Shown here piece after piece: positions 6,962 to 16,698 of a stretch of DNA of 26,418 nt. This DNA comes from an uncultured Planctomycetaceae bacterium (GTDB lineage: Bacteria > Planctomycetota > Planctomycetia > Pirellulales > Thermoguttaceae), in the NCBI GenBank assembly GCA_964467075.1, contig CAYXPN010000017.1, positions 5,051-31,468 on the forward strand, given 5' to 3'. Positions within the stretch are counted from its first letter, which is position 1, and every line of letters begins with the position of its first letter. Both the position numbers and the translations under genes were made by a program. The notes below the pieces were generated by a model. It had not been told where the DNA came from. It ran no database searches and saw nothing but the letters and a program-made list of their open reading frames with translations.

Positions 6962-8770
6962 TTAGTTGCCCCAGGGCTCCACGTTGCAACGCTTGGCCCA
7001 GGCCTCGTATTCGCGCGACAGTTGCTCGACCAGCACAGGGAAGCGGGGCCCCAGGTCGTGCATCTCCGTGCGGTCCGCCTCCGTGTCGTAAAGCTCCCAG
7101 GGCCCGCGGTGCCGGGCCACCAGCTTCCATTTGCCGTCGCGCACCGCGCGGTTGCCCTCGTGTTCCCAACACAGCACCCCGCGCTGCAGAACGCGACCCT
7201 CGAAGGCGGGCACCAGGCTGCGCCCTTCGATCGGGGTGAGATTGAAGCCGCCGAACTGAGCAGGATAGGAAACCTTCGCAACCTCCAGGCAGGTGGGCAT
7301 GACGTCGATCACGTGGCCGAGCTGCTCGCTCCAGCGGTTGCCCGTTCGGATCACCGCGGGCCAGCGCACGATCATGGGCGTGGCGATGCCGCCCTCGTGG
7401 ACGTCGTGCTTGTAGAGCCGGAAGGGCGTGTTGCTGACATTGGCCCAGGCGATGCCGTAGCTCTGGTAGGTGTCTTCGCCGCCGGGGTCGAAACGCGGAT
7501 CGTTGCCCACTTGCACGGGCCGGCCGTCGTGGGTCTTTTCGGGGATGTGCAGACCGGTCCAGTTCGGAGCGATCTCTTCGGCACACCCGCCGTTGTCGGC
7601 CAGAAACATCACCAGCGTGTTCTGCTCGGCGCCGATCTGCCGGAGCTTCTCCAGCACGCGCCCGATGCCCTGGTCCATCAGGTCCACCTGCGCTGCATAG
7701 ACCTCCATGCGCCGCTGTTGCCAGGACTTGTAGGCGTTCAGCTCCCACTGGCGCACGCGCGGGTCGCGGGGCGTGAGTTCCCACTGGCGCGAGATGACGC
7801 CCAGACCGATCATCCGCTGGTAGCGCTCGTTGCGCAAGGCGTCCCAGCCCGCGGCATAGCGCCCCCGATAGCGCCGCACCACGCTCTCAGGCGCGTGCAG
7901 CGGCCAGTGGGGCGCGGTGTAGGCCACGTAGAGGAAAAACGGCTTGTTCGCCCGCGCGGCCTCTTCCAGATAGAGCACGGCGTGGTCGGTGATCGCATCG
8001 GTGTAGTAATAGTCGCCCGCTTCGGGGCGGCGGATGAAGTGGTTGTCGCGCGTGAGCGTGACCGGATCGAAATAGCTGCCCCCGCCGTGGATGGTGCCGT
8101 AGAACTTGTCGAATCCCCGCTGGAGCGGCCAGTTATACCTCGGGCCCTCCGGGCCGACGAATCGCGTCACGTGCCATTTGCCGCACATCATGGTCTGGTA
8201 GCCCGCGGCGTGGAGCAACTGGGCGATGGTCACACAGCGCTGGCTGAGGTTGCCGCGATAGCCGGGCCGCCGGTGGTCCGTCATCATGTGCCCTATGCCC
8301 GCCTGGTGCGGATACAGCCCGGTCAACAGGGCGGCGCGGGTCGGGCAGCAGCGGGCGCAGTTGTAGAACTGCCGGAAGCGCAGGCCGTCTTTGGCCAGGC
8401 GGTCGAGGTTGGGCGTGAGCATCTCGCCGCCGTAGCATCCCAGATCGGACCAGCCCAGGTCGTCGGCCAGGATGATCACGATGTTGGGCACACCATCGGA
8501 GAGCTGGGCACGGGCCTGCGCCGCCCCGCTCCAGGCCACAAGGGTCATTGCCGCCCAGAGGATCGCTGCCAGGCGGGCCGCAGCCCAAAGGGCACCTGGT
8601 TCGCCCGAGGCGCAGCCCCTGCTTTGTCGATGCTTGGCCTGTCGCACGGCATTGCCTCCTTCGTCTGCGAGACTCGCCCGCCTGCGAAGCTGGTCGGCCG
8701 AGCCCACGCGGCCGGCGCGAAGTCGGCCTGCGAAGCCCGGGGCTGGCCCGCGCCGCCTTCGATCACTCAC
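6962..8770 (-). CDS. Type I sulfatase (arylsulfatase family, formylglycine-dependent), secreted
   Basis: IVIILADDLGWSDLGCYGG...CARCCPTRAALLTGLYPHQAGIGHM carries the C-x-P-x-R FGly signature plus the conserved LTG and metal-binding DD motifs. A hydrophobic signal-like segment ALWAAARLAAILWAAMTLVAWSGAAQA is present. The true start may be downstream of 8770. Confidence 0.9.
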   Translation of the reverse strand: MSDRRRRGPAPGFAGRLRAGRVGSADQLRRRASLADEGGNAVRQAKHRQSRGCASGEPGALWAAARLAAILWAAMTLVAWSGAAQARAQLSDGVPNIVIILADDLGWSDLGCYGGEMLTPNLDRLAKDGLRFRQFYNCARCCPTRAALLTGLYPHQAGIGHMMTDHRRPGYRGNLSQRCVTIAQLLHAAGYQTMMCGKWHVTRFVGPEGPRYNWPLQRGFDKFYGTIHGGGSYFDPVTLTRDNHFIRRPEAGDYYYTDAITDHAVLYLEEAARANKPFFLYVAYTAPHWPLHAPESVVRRYRGRYAAGWDALRNERYQRMIGLGVISRQWELTPRDPRVRQWELNAYKSWQQRRMEVYAAQVDLMDQGIGRVLEKLRQIGAEQNTLVMFLADNGGCAEEIAPNWTGLHIPEKTHDGRPVQVGNDPRFDPGGEDTYQSYGIAWANVSNTPFRLYKHDVHEGGIATPMIVRWPAVIRTGNRWSEQLGHVIDVMPTCLEVAKVSYPAQFGGFNLTPIEGRSLVPAFEGRVLQRGVLCWEHEGNRAVRDGKWKLVARHRGPWELYDTEADRTEMHDLGPRFPVLVEQLSREYEAWAKRCNVEPWGN

Positions 8771-9110
8771 AGTATCCGCAGGCGCCCGTGCGGGGTCAAC
8801 TCGCCCCCGAAGCCGGCTTGGAGGATGGGGCGAGCGGAGGGTGGCACGCCCTCAGAAGGGCGTGACTGGACCACGCAGCACTCACCACGCCCATCGCTGC
8901 GCTGAAGGGCGTGCCACCCGGCCCGGGCCACGCGGCCGCTCGTTCGTGCGCTTTCGCCCTGTCGCGTGTGCGCGATGATGGTCCTCAGGAGGGCTGCGCT
9001 GCCTCGCGGCCGTGCGCGCGGCCGAGGTCATTTCGCCAGGAAATCCCGCTACACGCGAGCCGATCTTCGGGCTGTCCCCGCGGCAGGTCATCGCATAGGA
9101 TAGCAGGTGC

Positions 9111-9894
9111 CATGTCTGAGAGCCGTGTGGTGATCTTCGAGGCCCCAACGATCGACGCGGCCTACCGGCTGCGCAGTGCCTTGGGCCGTGAGGGCATCCC
9201 CGCGGTGGTGCTGGCCAGTTGCGAGACTGGGTCCGGCGACCCCGAGGGCCGGCCGGTTGCCGCGTGCGTGGCCGTCGATCCGGAATACGCCGACCCGGCC
9301 CGGCACATCGTCCGGGTGCTGGAGAGAACCGCGCGCTGGGAGGTGGGCGAGGACCGGGCGGAGGCAGCCGACCGGCAGACCGGGGGCCTGGCAGCGGGGC
9401 CCGCGCCCGAGGATGTCCCGCCCGGCTGGCCGCGATGTCCGAAGTGCCGCGCGCCGCGTTTGACCTGGTGCCCGATCTGCCAGACGGCGGGCACGCGGTT
9501 TGAAGCGGCCGACGACGTGCCGCCGGAGCTTTTCGACGAGCTGGGAGCGGGGGCATCTGCAGCGGAAAGCAGCGGATCGGCCGGCGCCTGCGACACATGT
9601 GGTCGGCCGGCCGCGGCAGCGGGGAAACCGCTGGAACCAGCGGAGCCTGAAGCCGACGCCCAGCGCGCGTCCGAAGCACCGGGCATGGTGTTGTGCCCGA
9701 CGTGCGACGAGCCGTTCGTGCCCGCGTTCGCCCGCCACTGCGAATGGTGCGGTCACGAGTTTGCCGACGGCACGGATTTCACGCCGCTGCCGCAAGATGA
9801 CGGCGAATCGCTGGGGCCGCGCGCGGTGGCGGTCATCGTGGCGTTGGTGGTGCTCGGCGCGCTGCTGGTGGGGTATGTGGTGTACTTGTTGTAG
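9111..9894 (+). CDS. Tail-anchored multi-zinc-ribbon protein with DUF2007-like N-terminal domain (hypothetical)
   Basis: Start chosen at MSESRVVIFEAPTIDAAYRLRSALGREGIPAVV, which fits the DUF2007 pattern. There are four CxxC pairs (CPKCRAPRLTWCPICQ, CDTCGRP, CPTCDEP...CEWCGHEF). The C-terminal TM helix is AVAVIVALVVLGALLVGYVVYLL. The upstream part of the ORF (8911-9110) has no coding character. Confidence 0.6.
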
Positions 9895-10035
9895 CGCGCC
9901 GTCGCCAGACCGCGAATTGGTTCCACGCTCTGGCGAGCGTGGCTACCAGTAGCCGCCGAAAGCCAGACGGCGGACAAAACCGGTCTGTGCACATGGCAAT
10001 CCACGCTCTGGCGAGCGTGGCTACGATTCCAAGAG
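9895..10035. repeat. Cluster of REP-like palindromic repeats: two copies of ccacgctctggcgagcgtggctac (9927-9950, 9998-10021) interleaved with gtagccgccgaaagccagacggcggacaa-type hairpin blocks
   Basis: Direct reading. Same family as the 3268-3435 and 11280-11365 elements. Located in the gap between the convergent zinc-ribbon gene and the glycosyltransferase gene. Confidence 0.85.
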
Positions 10036-10180
10036 GCGAGTGCGGCTACCGACGACGCCCGGCGCCGGCCGCAGCCCGGCCCCGCATGTCCCGCCTGCAA
10101 AACGGGGCTGCGGCCGGTGCGGTGGGTGGCGGATGCGCTGCGGCAGGATACCCTGGCCCACTTGACTGTTGCAGTTGCCT

Positions 10181-11092
10181 TTAGCGCGCCAGCGCCAGGC
10201 TCAGCAACCAGGACAGCACAAACCGCTTGGCCAGGCGCCCGTCGCTCAGCACGCGCAAGGGCCAGCGTCGCAGCAGCAGGTAACAGAGGCTGCGAAACGG
10301 ACGGTAACGATGGGCCTTGTAATAGGCGCGGGCCAGTTCCAGCAATTCGCGCCGTTGGAGCATATCGATCCGTGGTCCCAGCCGGGCGGCCACCACCGGA
10401 TGGCGGCGCAGGTGTTCGACCATGCGCAGCCCCTGGCTCACGTAGCGATCGTACTGTGTGCGTGCCGAGGCATCCACGCGCCGCACCTGCGCCACATGGG
10501 TGCCGCAGAAACGGAATTCCAGTTGGGCGGCCAGCCGGATCAACAACTCGATGTCCTCGCGGTAGCTGAGGTCTTCGCGGTACATGCCCAGGCGCAACAT
10601 GGTGTCGCGCGCGAGGAGATAGCCGTTGTTGTCCATAAACGGTCGACGCACAAACGTCTTCAGCACGTCCCCCTCGACCCTCTCGGCGGCGAAGCTCGCC
10701 AGCGACACCTCGCCCTCGCCGCCCCGCGACAGCCCGTAGGCCACGCCTGCAAATCCCGGATCGTCCAGAAACAGGCGCATGCGGCTCTCCACAGCCCAGG
10801 GCAAGAGCAGGTCGTCGGAATCAAGCATGCAGACGTATGACGCGTCGGTGGCCTGGATGCCGAGATTGCGCGCCGCAGACTTTTCGCCGTTCAACGGCCG
10901 GCGAATCAGGTGAATGCGATCGCGGTAGCGGGCTTGAAGCTGCTCCGAGGTGCCGTCGGTCGAAGCGTCGTCGACCACCACGCACTCGACGTTGGGCCAG
11001 GACTGGCCGAAAACCGAGTCAACCGCCTGGCAGACGTGCGGCCAGCGGTTGTAGGTCGGGATGATGACGGCCACTTTGGGGCGTAGCAACAT
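10181..11092 (-). CDS. Family 2 glycosyltransferase
   Basis: KVAVIIPTYNRWPHVCQAVDSVFGQSWPNVECVVVDDASTDGTSEQL...YVCMLDSDDLLLP is a typical GT-A/GT2 N-terminus with a DxD-like DSDD motif. Confidence 0.85.
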   Translation of the reverse strand: MLLRPKVAVIIPTYNRWPHVCQAVDSVFGQSWPNVECVVVDDASTDGTSEQLQARYRDRIHLIRRPLNGEKSAARNLGIQATDASYVCMLDSDDLLLPWAVESRMRLFLDDPGFAGVAYGLSRGGEGEVSLASFAAERVEGDVLKTFVRRPFMDNNGYLLARDTMLRLGMYREDLSYREDIELLIRLAAQLEFRFCGTHVAQVRRVDASARTQYDRYVSQGLRMVEHLRRHPVVAARLGPRIDMLQRRELLELARAYYKAHRYRPFRSLCYLLLRRWPLRVLSDGRLAKRFVLSWLLSLALAR

Positions 11093-11279
11093 GCCGACAG
11101 CCGGGGGAAAGGGGGATTGAGAGCGGCCCAGAAGCCCACTATGCGTGCTGTCTCCCTGGCAAATCGGCGCATTGCCGCCGAATCTTTAAACCTTTTCTGT
11201 GGATTCCGATCGCCCATCGTTACTAGAAGGAATCGGGAAGATGCGAAGTTTGGGAAACATGCATTACATAGAGAAGAAC

Positions 11280-11375
11280 GGCTGTTCGTAGCCGCCGTCG
11301 CCAGACGGCGGACAAGCGATTCAGCCGATGGCCGGTCGCGTCCACGCTCTGGCGAGCGCGGCTACCGACCTGCCG
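11280..11375. repeat. REP-like composite element (gtagccgccgtcgccagacggcggacaa block + ccacgctctggcgagcgcggctac hairpin)
   Basis: Direct reading. One mismatch to the hairpin consensus. Immediately 3' of the DUF72 gene. Confidence 0.8.
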
Positions 11376-11386
11376 CGGCCGGACGC

Positions 11387-12127
11387 TCATCCCTCGCCCA
11401 GCAGCCGGGCGAACGCCGCGGCGTTTTGCGGTGCATGGGCCTCGTAGTCGTTGTTGAAGAAGGCGTACAGCCTCCGCCCGCCCAGGGGGCGCTCAACGCG
11501 CCGGGCCCACTCGGCCAGTTCCGCCTCGGAGTAGTCATAGCGGTAGAGCTGCTCGCCTTTGCCGTGGAAACGCAAGTAGAGGAAATCCGTCGTGGGCAGG
11601 ATCTCCTCGGGCAGGTGCGGATGGCTCAGCGCCACAAAGCAGGCCGCGTGCCGGGCCAGCAGCTCGCAGACCTCGTCGTCCCACCAGCTTTCGTGCCGGA
11701 ATTCCATTGCGTGGCGCACCCCCTCGGGTACGAATCGCCCCAGCCGGCCCAGGAAGCCATCCAGGCGCGCAAGGTCCTTGTGCAACATGGGCGGCAACTG
11801 CCAGAGCACCACGCGCAGGGGCTTCAGTTGCCCGGCACGCTCACAGAAGGCCGACAAGGCCTCGTCGCAGTCGGCCAGTTTCTTCCGGTGAGTGATCAGG
11901 CGCGAGCCCTTGAGCACCAGATGGAAATCATCCGGCAGCCGTCGGTTCCACGCCCGAATCATGGTCTCCGTGGGCAGCCGGTAGAACGTGGCATTGACCT
12001 CCACGGTCTGAAAACGGGCGGCGTAGAAGGCCAGCCGGTCTGCGCCTCGCACGTCGTCTGGATAGAACGGGCCGCTCCAGTCGTCGTAGGTCCAGCCGGA
12101 GGTGCCCACATAGACTTGTCGGCTCAT
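11387..12127 (-). CDS. DUF72 family protein (YecE-like)
   Basis: Start at MSRQVYVGTSGWTYDDWSGPFYP (ATG at 12125-12127). The VGTSGWxYxxW motif is the hallmark of DUF72. Confidence 0.85.
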   Translation of the reverse strand: MSRQVYVGTSGWTYDDWSGPFYPDDVRGADRLAFYAARFQTVEVNATFYRLPTETMIRAWNRRLPDDFHLVLKGSRLITHRKKLADCDEALSAFCERAGQLKPLRVVLWQLPPMLHKDLARLDGFLGRLGRFVPEGVRHAMEFRHESWWDDEVCELLARHAACFVALSHPHLPEEILPTTDFLYLRFHGKGEQLYRYDYSEAELAEWARRVERPLGGRRLYAFFNNDYEAHAPQNAAAFARLLGEG

Positions 12128-12478
12128 GGCATGCCCCCCAAGGACACTTGGGCCTGGGGGCCCGGAGGCGGAGGCGGCGCGATGAAAGGATCGGGGCCAC
12201 GCAATGGACCACACGGGCAGTGAGCGGGGCCGGGCCCCCAGGGTCCCGATCCCACAGCCCCGCCCATGCTACTGCGGCGCGCATGGTTTCGGTAGGCCGG
12301 GCCGCGCCGGGCAGGGCCTCACAGGCGAAATCGCTGCCTGGTTGCGGCTGGGACTTGGGGGCGTGGGCAAGGCCCTACTTGGCGGCGGGGCTGGGTTGGG
12401 CGTAGAATACCGTGTTTTCGTCCCGCTGGGAGACGCAGTGCATCTGCGCGGGCGGGAATCCTCGATTTCAGGCAGGTT

Positions 12479-13498
12479 TTGCGAGCCATGACACGCGTGG
12501 CAATTATCGGCGGCGCGGGCTATACGGCCCTGGAACTGATCAAACTGCTGTTGCGCCATCCGGAAGTGGAGATCGCCGCCATTTCCGATGTGCAGGAGAG
12601 CCGGCCCCACGTGGCCCGCGTCCATCCGTCGCTCACCCACCGGATCGACCTGCACCTGGAGGTGCTGAGCCCCGCGGAGGTGGCGGCGAGGGCCGACTGC
12701 GTGTTTTGTTGCCTGCCCCACGGCGTGAGTTGCACGCTGGTGCCTCACCTGCTGGACGAGGGCACGCGCGTGATCGACTTCAGCGCCGACTATCGCCTGG
12801 ACGACGCCCAGACGTTTGCCGACTGGTACAACCAGCGGCACCCCGACCCGGACCGGCTGGGCAACGTGCCCTATGGTCTGCCCGAGCTGTTTCGCGACGC
12901 GATCCGCGATGCGCCGCTGGTGGCCAATCCGGGCTGTTTCCCCACGTCGGTGGTCCTGCCGCTCGCCCCGCTGCTGCGCGCCGGGTTGATCGAGCCGGAA
13001 GGGATCGTGGTGGACTCGAAGACGGGTGTGACCGGCGCCGGGCGCACCCCCAAGCTGACCACCCACTACCCGGAGTGTAACGAGAGCATCTCGGCCTACA
13101 ACGTGGGGCGCCATCGACACACGCCCGAGATGGAACAGATCCTCGGGCGCGTCTCGGGTCGAAAGGTGGAAGTGGTCTTCGCGCCCCACCTGGCGCCGAT
13201 GGATCGCGGCATCCTCAGCACGATCTACGCCCAACCAGCCGGCCAGGCCAATGAGGAGAAACTGCTGGAAACGCTGCGCGAGTTCTACGCCGACGAACCG
13301 TTCGTGCGCGTGGTGGACCACCTGCCGGGCACAAAGGACTCGGCGGGCACAAATTTTTGCGACGTCACGGCGCGGGTTGTGCGCGGCCGCGTGATCGCCA
13401 TCGGCTGCCTGGACAATCTGGTCAAGGGCGCCTCCGGCGCGGCCGTGCAGAACTTCAACGTGATGTACGGCTATCCGGAGATCGCCGGCCTGGTGTGA
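12479..13498 (+). CDS. argC: N-acetyl-gamma-glutamyl-phosphate reductase
   Basis: MTRVAIIGGAGYTALELIKLLLRHPEVEIAAIS... Catalytic Cys region LVANPGCFPTSVVLPLAPL and C-terminal DNLVKGASGAAVQN. The start could be the second ATG at 12488. Confidence 0.93.
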   Translation: MRAMTRVAIIGGAGYTALELIKLLLRHPEVEIAAISDVQESRPHVARVHPSLTHRIDLHLEVLSPAEVAARADCVFCCLPHGVSCTLVPHLLDEGTRVIDFSADYRLDDAQTFADWYNQRHPDPDRLGNVPYGLPELFRDAIRDAPLVANPGCFPTSVVLPLAPLLRAGLIEPEGIVVDSKTGVTGAGRTPKLTTHYPECNESISAYNVGRHRHTPEMEQILGRVSGRKVEVVFAPHLAPMDRGILSTIYAQPAGQANEEKLLETLREFYADEPFVRVVDHLPGTKDSAGTNFCDVTARVVRGRVIAIGCLDNLVKGASGAAVQNFNVMYGYPEIAGLV

Positions 13499-13788
13499 AG
13501 GCGGAAGGCGGAAATCGGAACGCGCGTGGCGAGCCGCTCACCGTAAGCCGGCGGTTCACGCAGCAGCGCCGAGGAGCGTTGCGTCACACTGGTTCGCCCG
13601 CTGCCGGAACGACCGGCGTGCGGTTCAACGCCCCGGGTTGGTGGCGCCACCCGAACCGGGAGCTGACGCTCCCGGCTCGCCATGCCACAGGCCCAACGTC
13701 CGACGTGCTCCGTCTGCATTCGTTCGACAAATCGCACCACCGACCACCACAAACACGCATGCAACCTATCCAGGAGTGAGATCGAGCG

Positions 13789-14982
13789 ATGACCACCCCA
13801 GTGCCCCGAGGCTTCCTCTTGGCCGGTGTCCACTGCCGGCTGAAGCGCGATCCCCAGAGGCCGGACCTGGCCCTGATCCTCTCCGAACAGCCCGCCACGG
13901 CCGCGGGCGTGTATACGCGCAATTTGGTCTATGCGGCGCCGGTGGCGCTGGACTCCAGCCGCACGCCCACCGATCGGGCACGCGTGGTGGTGGTCAACTC
14001 GGGCAATGCCAACGCCTGCACCGGCCCGCGCGGACTGGAGGATGCGCGGCGCATGGCCCAACTGGCGGCCGCGGCCTGCGGGGCAAAGGAGCACGAAGCG
14101 CTCGTGCTCTCGACCGGCGTGATCGGCCAGTATCTGCCCATGGACCGCATCGAGCAGGGTGTGTCGGCCGCGGCGGTGAAGCTCGACGACCACGAGGCAG
14201 CCGTCGAGTCCGCGGCCCTGGCCATGATGACCACCGACACGGTGCCCAAAATCTGCGCGCGCACGATCCAGGCCCGCGGCGGGGAAATCCGCCTGCTGGG
14301 ACTGGCCAAAGGCGCGGGCATGATCAGCCCCCAGATGGCCACCATGCTCTCGGTGGTGCTCACCGACGCGGCCCTCGACCCGGAAACAGCCCAGCAGTTG
14401 CTCGCCGCGGCCGTGGATCAGACGTTCAACTGCCTGAGCATCGACGGACATATGAGCACCAACGACACGGTGCTGCTCTTGGCCAACGGCGCAGCCGGCG
14501 GCGAGCCGCTCGCCGGCGCCGAGCTGGACGCGTTTCGCGGCGCGCTGGTCGAAGTGTGTGCGGGGCTGGCCCGCGCGATCGCCGCGGACGGCGAAGGGGC
14601 CTCGCACCTGGTCACCATCGAGGTGTCCGGTTGTGCCACCGAGGAAGACGCCCGCCGGATCGCCCGGAGCATTGCCGACAGCCTGCTGGTCAAGTGTGCG
14701 ATCGCGGGGGCCGACCCGAACTGGGGACGGATCGTTTCGGCCGCGGGCTACGCGGGCGTGGCCTTCGATCCGGCGCGGATCAGCCTGCGCGTGAACGGCC
14801 ACCTGCTGTATGACGAGGGCGCGCCTGTGGAGTTCGACGCGCGCACGGTCTCGCAAAGCATGAGGGACAACCGGGAGGTGCTCATCGAGCTGTCGCTGGG
14901 CGCAGGCGATGCCGGGGCGCGTTTCTGGACCACGGACCTGACCGCGGAATACGTGCGCCTGAATGCGGATTATCATACGTGA
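13789..14982 (+). CDS. argJ: Bifunctional glutamate N-acetyltransferase / amino-acid acetyltransferase ArgJ
   Basis: Full-length ArgJ-like sequence, including the autoproteolytic site ...GMISPQMATMLSVVLTD (A|TML) and NSGNANACTG. Confidence 0.93.
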   Translation: MTTPVPRGFLLAGVHCRLKRDPQRPDLALILSEQPATAAGVYTRNLVYAAPVALDSSRTPTDRARVVVVNSGNANACTGPRGLEDARRMAQLAAAACGAKEHEALVLSTGVIGQYLPMDRIEQGVSAAAVKLDDHEAAVESAALAMMTTDTVPKICARTIQARGGEIRLLGLAKGAGMISPQMATMLSVVLTDAALDPETAQQLLAAAVDQTFNCLSIDGHMSTNDTVLLLANGAAGGEPLAGAELDAFRGALVEVCAGLARAIAADGEGASHLVTIEVSGCATEEDARRIARSIADSLLVKCAIAGADPNWGRIVSAAGYAGVAFDPARISLRVNGHLLYDEGAPVEFDARTVSQSMRDNREVLIELSLGAGDAGARFWTTDLTAEYVRLNADYHT

Positions 14983-15063
14983 CAAGGTGGGATATTCGTG
15001 GTACGCTGGTTCGTCAGGCGTGGGCCAGTATTGGGGGGCGATGCAAAAAGGGGAGATCTTGTC

Positions 15064-16518
15064 ATGACGTTGAACGAGGAATCCTTGTGCGAAGAAAAAG
15101 AAGTACGGCTCTTCCCGTCACATCACATCCGTTCGGACAGAGAAGCCGAGCCCAGAGCCACAGCCGCATTCCTGGCTGTGGTCCGTGCTGTTTCGAAGTT
15201 CGGCAAGCGCATTGTGTCAATCGCGGGTGGGCCGGGAGGCAGGATTGGTTGTTATCCCGAGGTGCCTATCCAGGTTGGTGTGGGTCCCGATTCCCGTATT
15301 GAGAGGCCCGATGGCATCATCCGAGCCACCTGGGGCAAGAAGGATTGGGCCGCGCTGGTGGAAGTCAAGGTGGGAGAGAACCCACTTGACCACGACCAAG
15401 TCGAGCGATATCACAAGCTGGCGTACGAAACGGGTATCAATGCGCTGATTACCGTCAGCAATCAGGCGGCACTGCCGAACGGGCTGCCCCCCGGCATCAA
15501 GGTGAAGGCCTCGCACCTCAAGAAGGTCCCTGTGGCGCATCTCTCATGGGAGAGGCTTCTCAGCGAGGCACAAGTGTTGACGCGGCGCAAGAGCGTTGCA
15601 GATCGTGACCAGGAGTGGATTCTGGAAGAGTGGGTTCGCTATCTCGTCGATCCCGCCTCCCGGATCATCAAGCCTCCGGATCTGGGACCACACTGGCACA
15701 GAGTTGTTCAGTATGCGAGACAAGGAAATCTCGGCGCGTGCAAGAGCGAAATGCAAGACGTAGTGGAACGATGGGATGCTTTCTTGAGAAAGACCGCTCT
15801 CAGACTGCGGGCGAAGTTGGGCGCCGAGGTGAGGGTGGTCATGCCTCGCGCGGAGCGGACTGATCCTGCGGTGCGACTCAAGAACTTGCTGGGCGTTGCC
15901 CTTAACGATCAGCAGTTGTCGGGCACTTTCCGTGTTCCGCACGCTGCCGGCGACATGTCTGTAGTCGTACTGCTCCCGGCTAGATCCGTGCAGTACGTTC
16001 TCGATGTCAAGGCACCGACAGAAGGCAGGCCCAAGACGCAGCTCAAGTGGATCATCAAGCAGCTAGCGTCGGGAGAAGTGCCGGACGACCTTGTCGTTCA
16101 CGTAGATTGGGGGTATCGTGTATCATCTCAGGCACCTGTTGTAGAGGCCGAGCAACAGATCGAGGCGCTCTTGTGGGACAGCAACAAACAACCCATTCCT
16201 ACAAAATCCGAACCACGCTGTTTCTACCTCAGACGCACTACGGCTCTGGCCAAGGGTAAGGGACGCTCGACGGCAGGAGTATTAGAGGGTATCGCCCAGG
16301 GAATGGAGGACTTTTACAGACGCGTCGTAGAGAAGGTCAAACCCTACGTGCAAAAGGCCCCCCAAATGCCCCGGGAAGAGCGCGACCAACAGCCTCCCGA
16401 TGTGGTGTCACGTGAACAAGCCGAAGGCCAATCCGAATCGGCCACCGCTACGCCGTCGACCACGCCCATCCAAGAATCGGCAAAGCAGGGCACGCCGGTC
16501 GGTGATTCTGATTCGTGA
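15064..16518 (+). CDS. Hypothetical protein with N-terminal RecB/Cas4-like PD-(D/E)xK nuclease domain and an unknown ~350-aa C-terminal region ending in an acidic S/T-rich tail. Compositionally foreign (candidate orphan defence-type nuclease).
   Basis: ATG at 15064 preceded by aaaggggag at proper spacing. Motifs, numbered from this Met: E66 (YPEVP), D83 (RPDGII), E100-V-K102 (ALVEVKV), Q112-VER-Y116 (QxxxY). GC is ~56% versus ~68-72% for flanking genes. Many A/T-ending codons (gaa, aaa, gta, tca, aga, tat, caa). Confidence 0.7.
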   Translation: MTLNEESLCEEKEVRLFPSHHIRSDREAEPRATAAFLAVVRAVSKFGKRIVSIAGGPGGRIGCYPEVPIQVGVGPDSRIERPDGIIRATWGKKDWAALVEVKVGENPLDHDQVERYHKLAYETGINALITVSNQAALPNGLPPGIKVKASHLKKVPVAHLSWERLLSEAQVLTRRKSVADRDQEWILEEWVRYLVDPASRIIKPPDLGPHWHRVVQYARQGNLGACKSEMQDVVERWDAFLRKTALRLRAKLGAEVRVVMPRAERTDPAVRLKNLLGVALNDQQLSGTFRVPHAAGDMSVVVLLPARSVQYVLDVKAPTEGRPKTQLKWIIKQLASGEVPDDLVVHVDWGYRVSSQAPVVEAEQQIEALLWDSNKQPIPTKSEPRCFYLRRTTALAKGKGRSTAGVLEGIAQGMEDFYRRVVEKVKPYVQKAPQMPREERDQQPPDVVSREQAEGQSESATATPSTTPIQESAKQGTPVGDSDS

Positions 16519-16698
16519 AACCCGTGCGCCAGGTTGCCTGCTGCCGCGAATTCGAGAAACACGCACTGATTCCGGATCGTCCGGTCCAATACACGATCTG
16601 TTCCTGCGCTAGCGCTCCGTTGACCAGCCAACTCCGCTACCTGACTCGCTCCTGACCCACTCCACACAGAAGCGGTTGGCTGTTCCTGCGCGCCCTAT

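Noticed and set aside
12128-13788. Unusually long spacers around argC (350 bp upstream, 290 bp between argC and argJ) as possible regulatory RNA or ARG-box sites
   Set aside because: They contain only a modest 8-bp hairpin (13653-13676) and no recognisable repeat or palindromic operator pairs. There is nothing I can support beyond ordinary promoter space.
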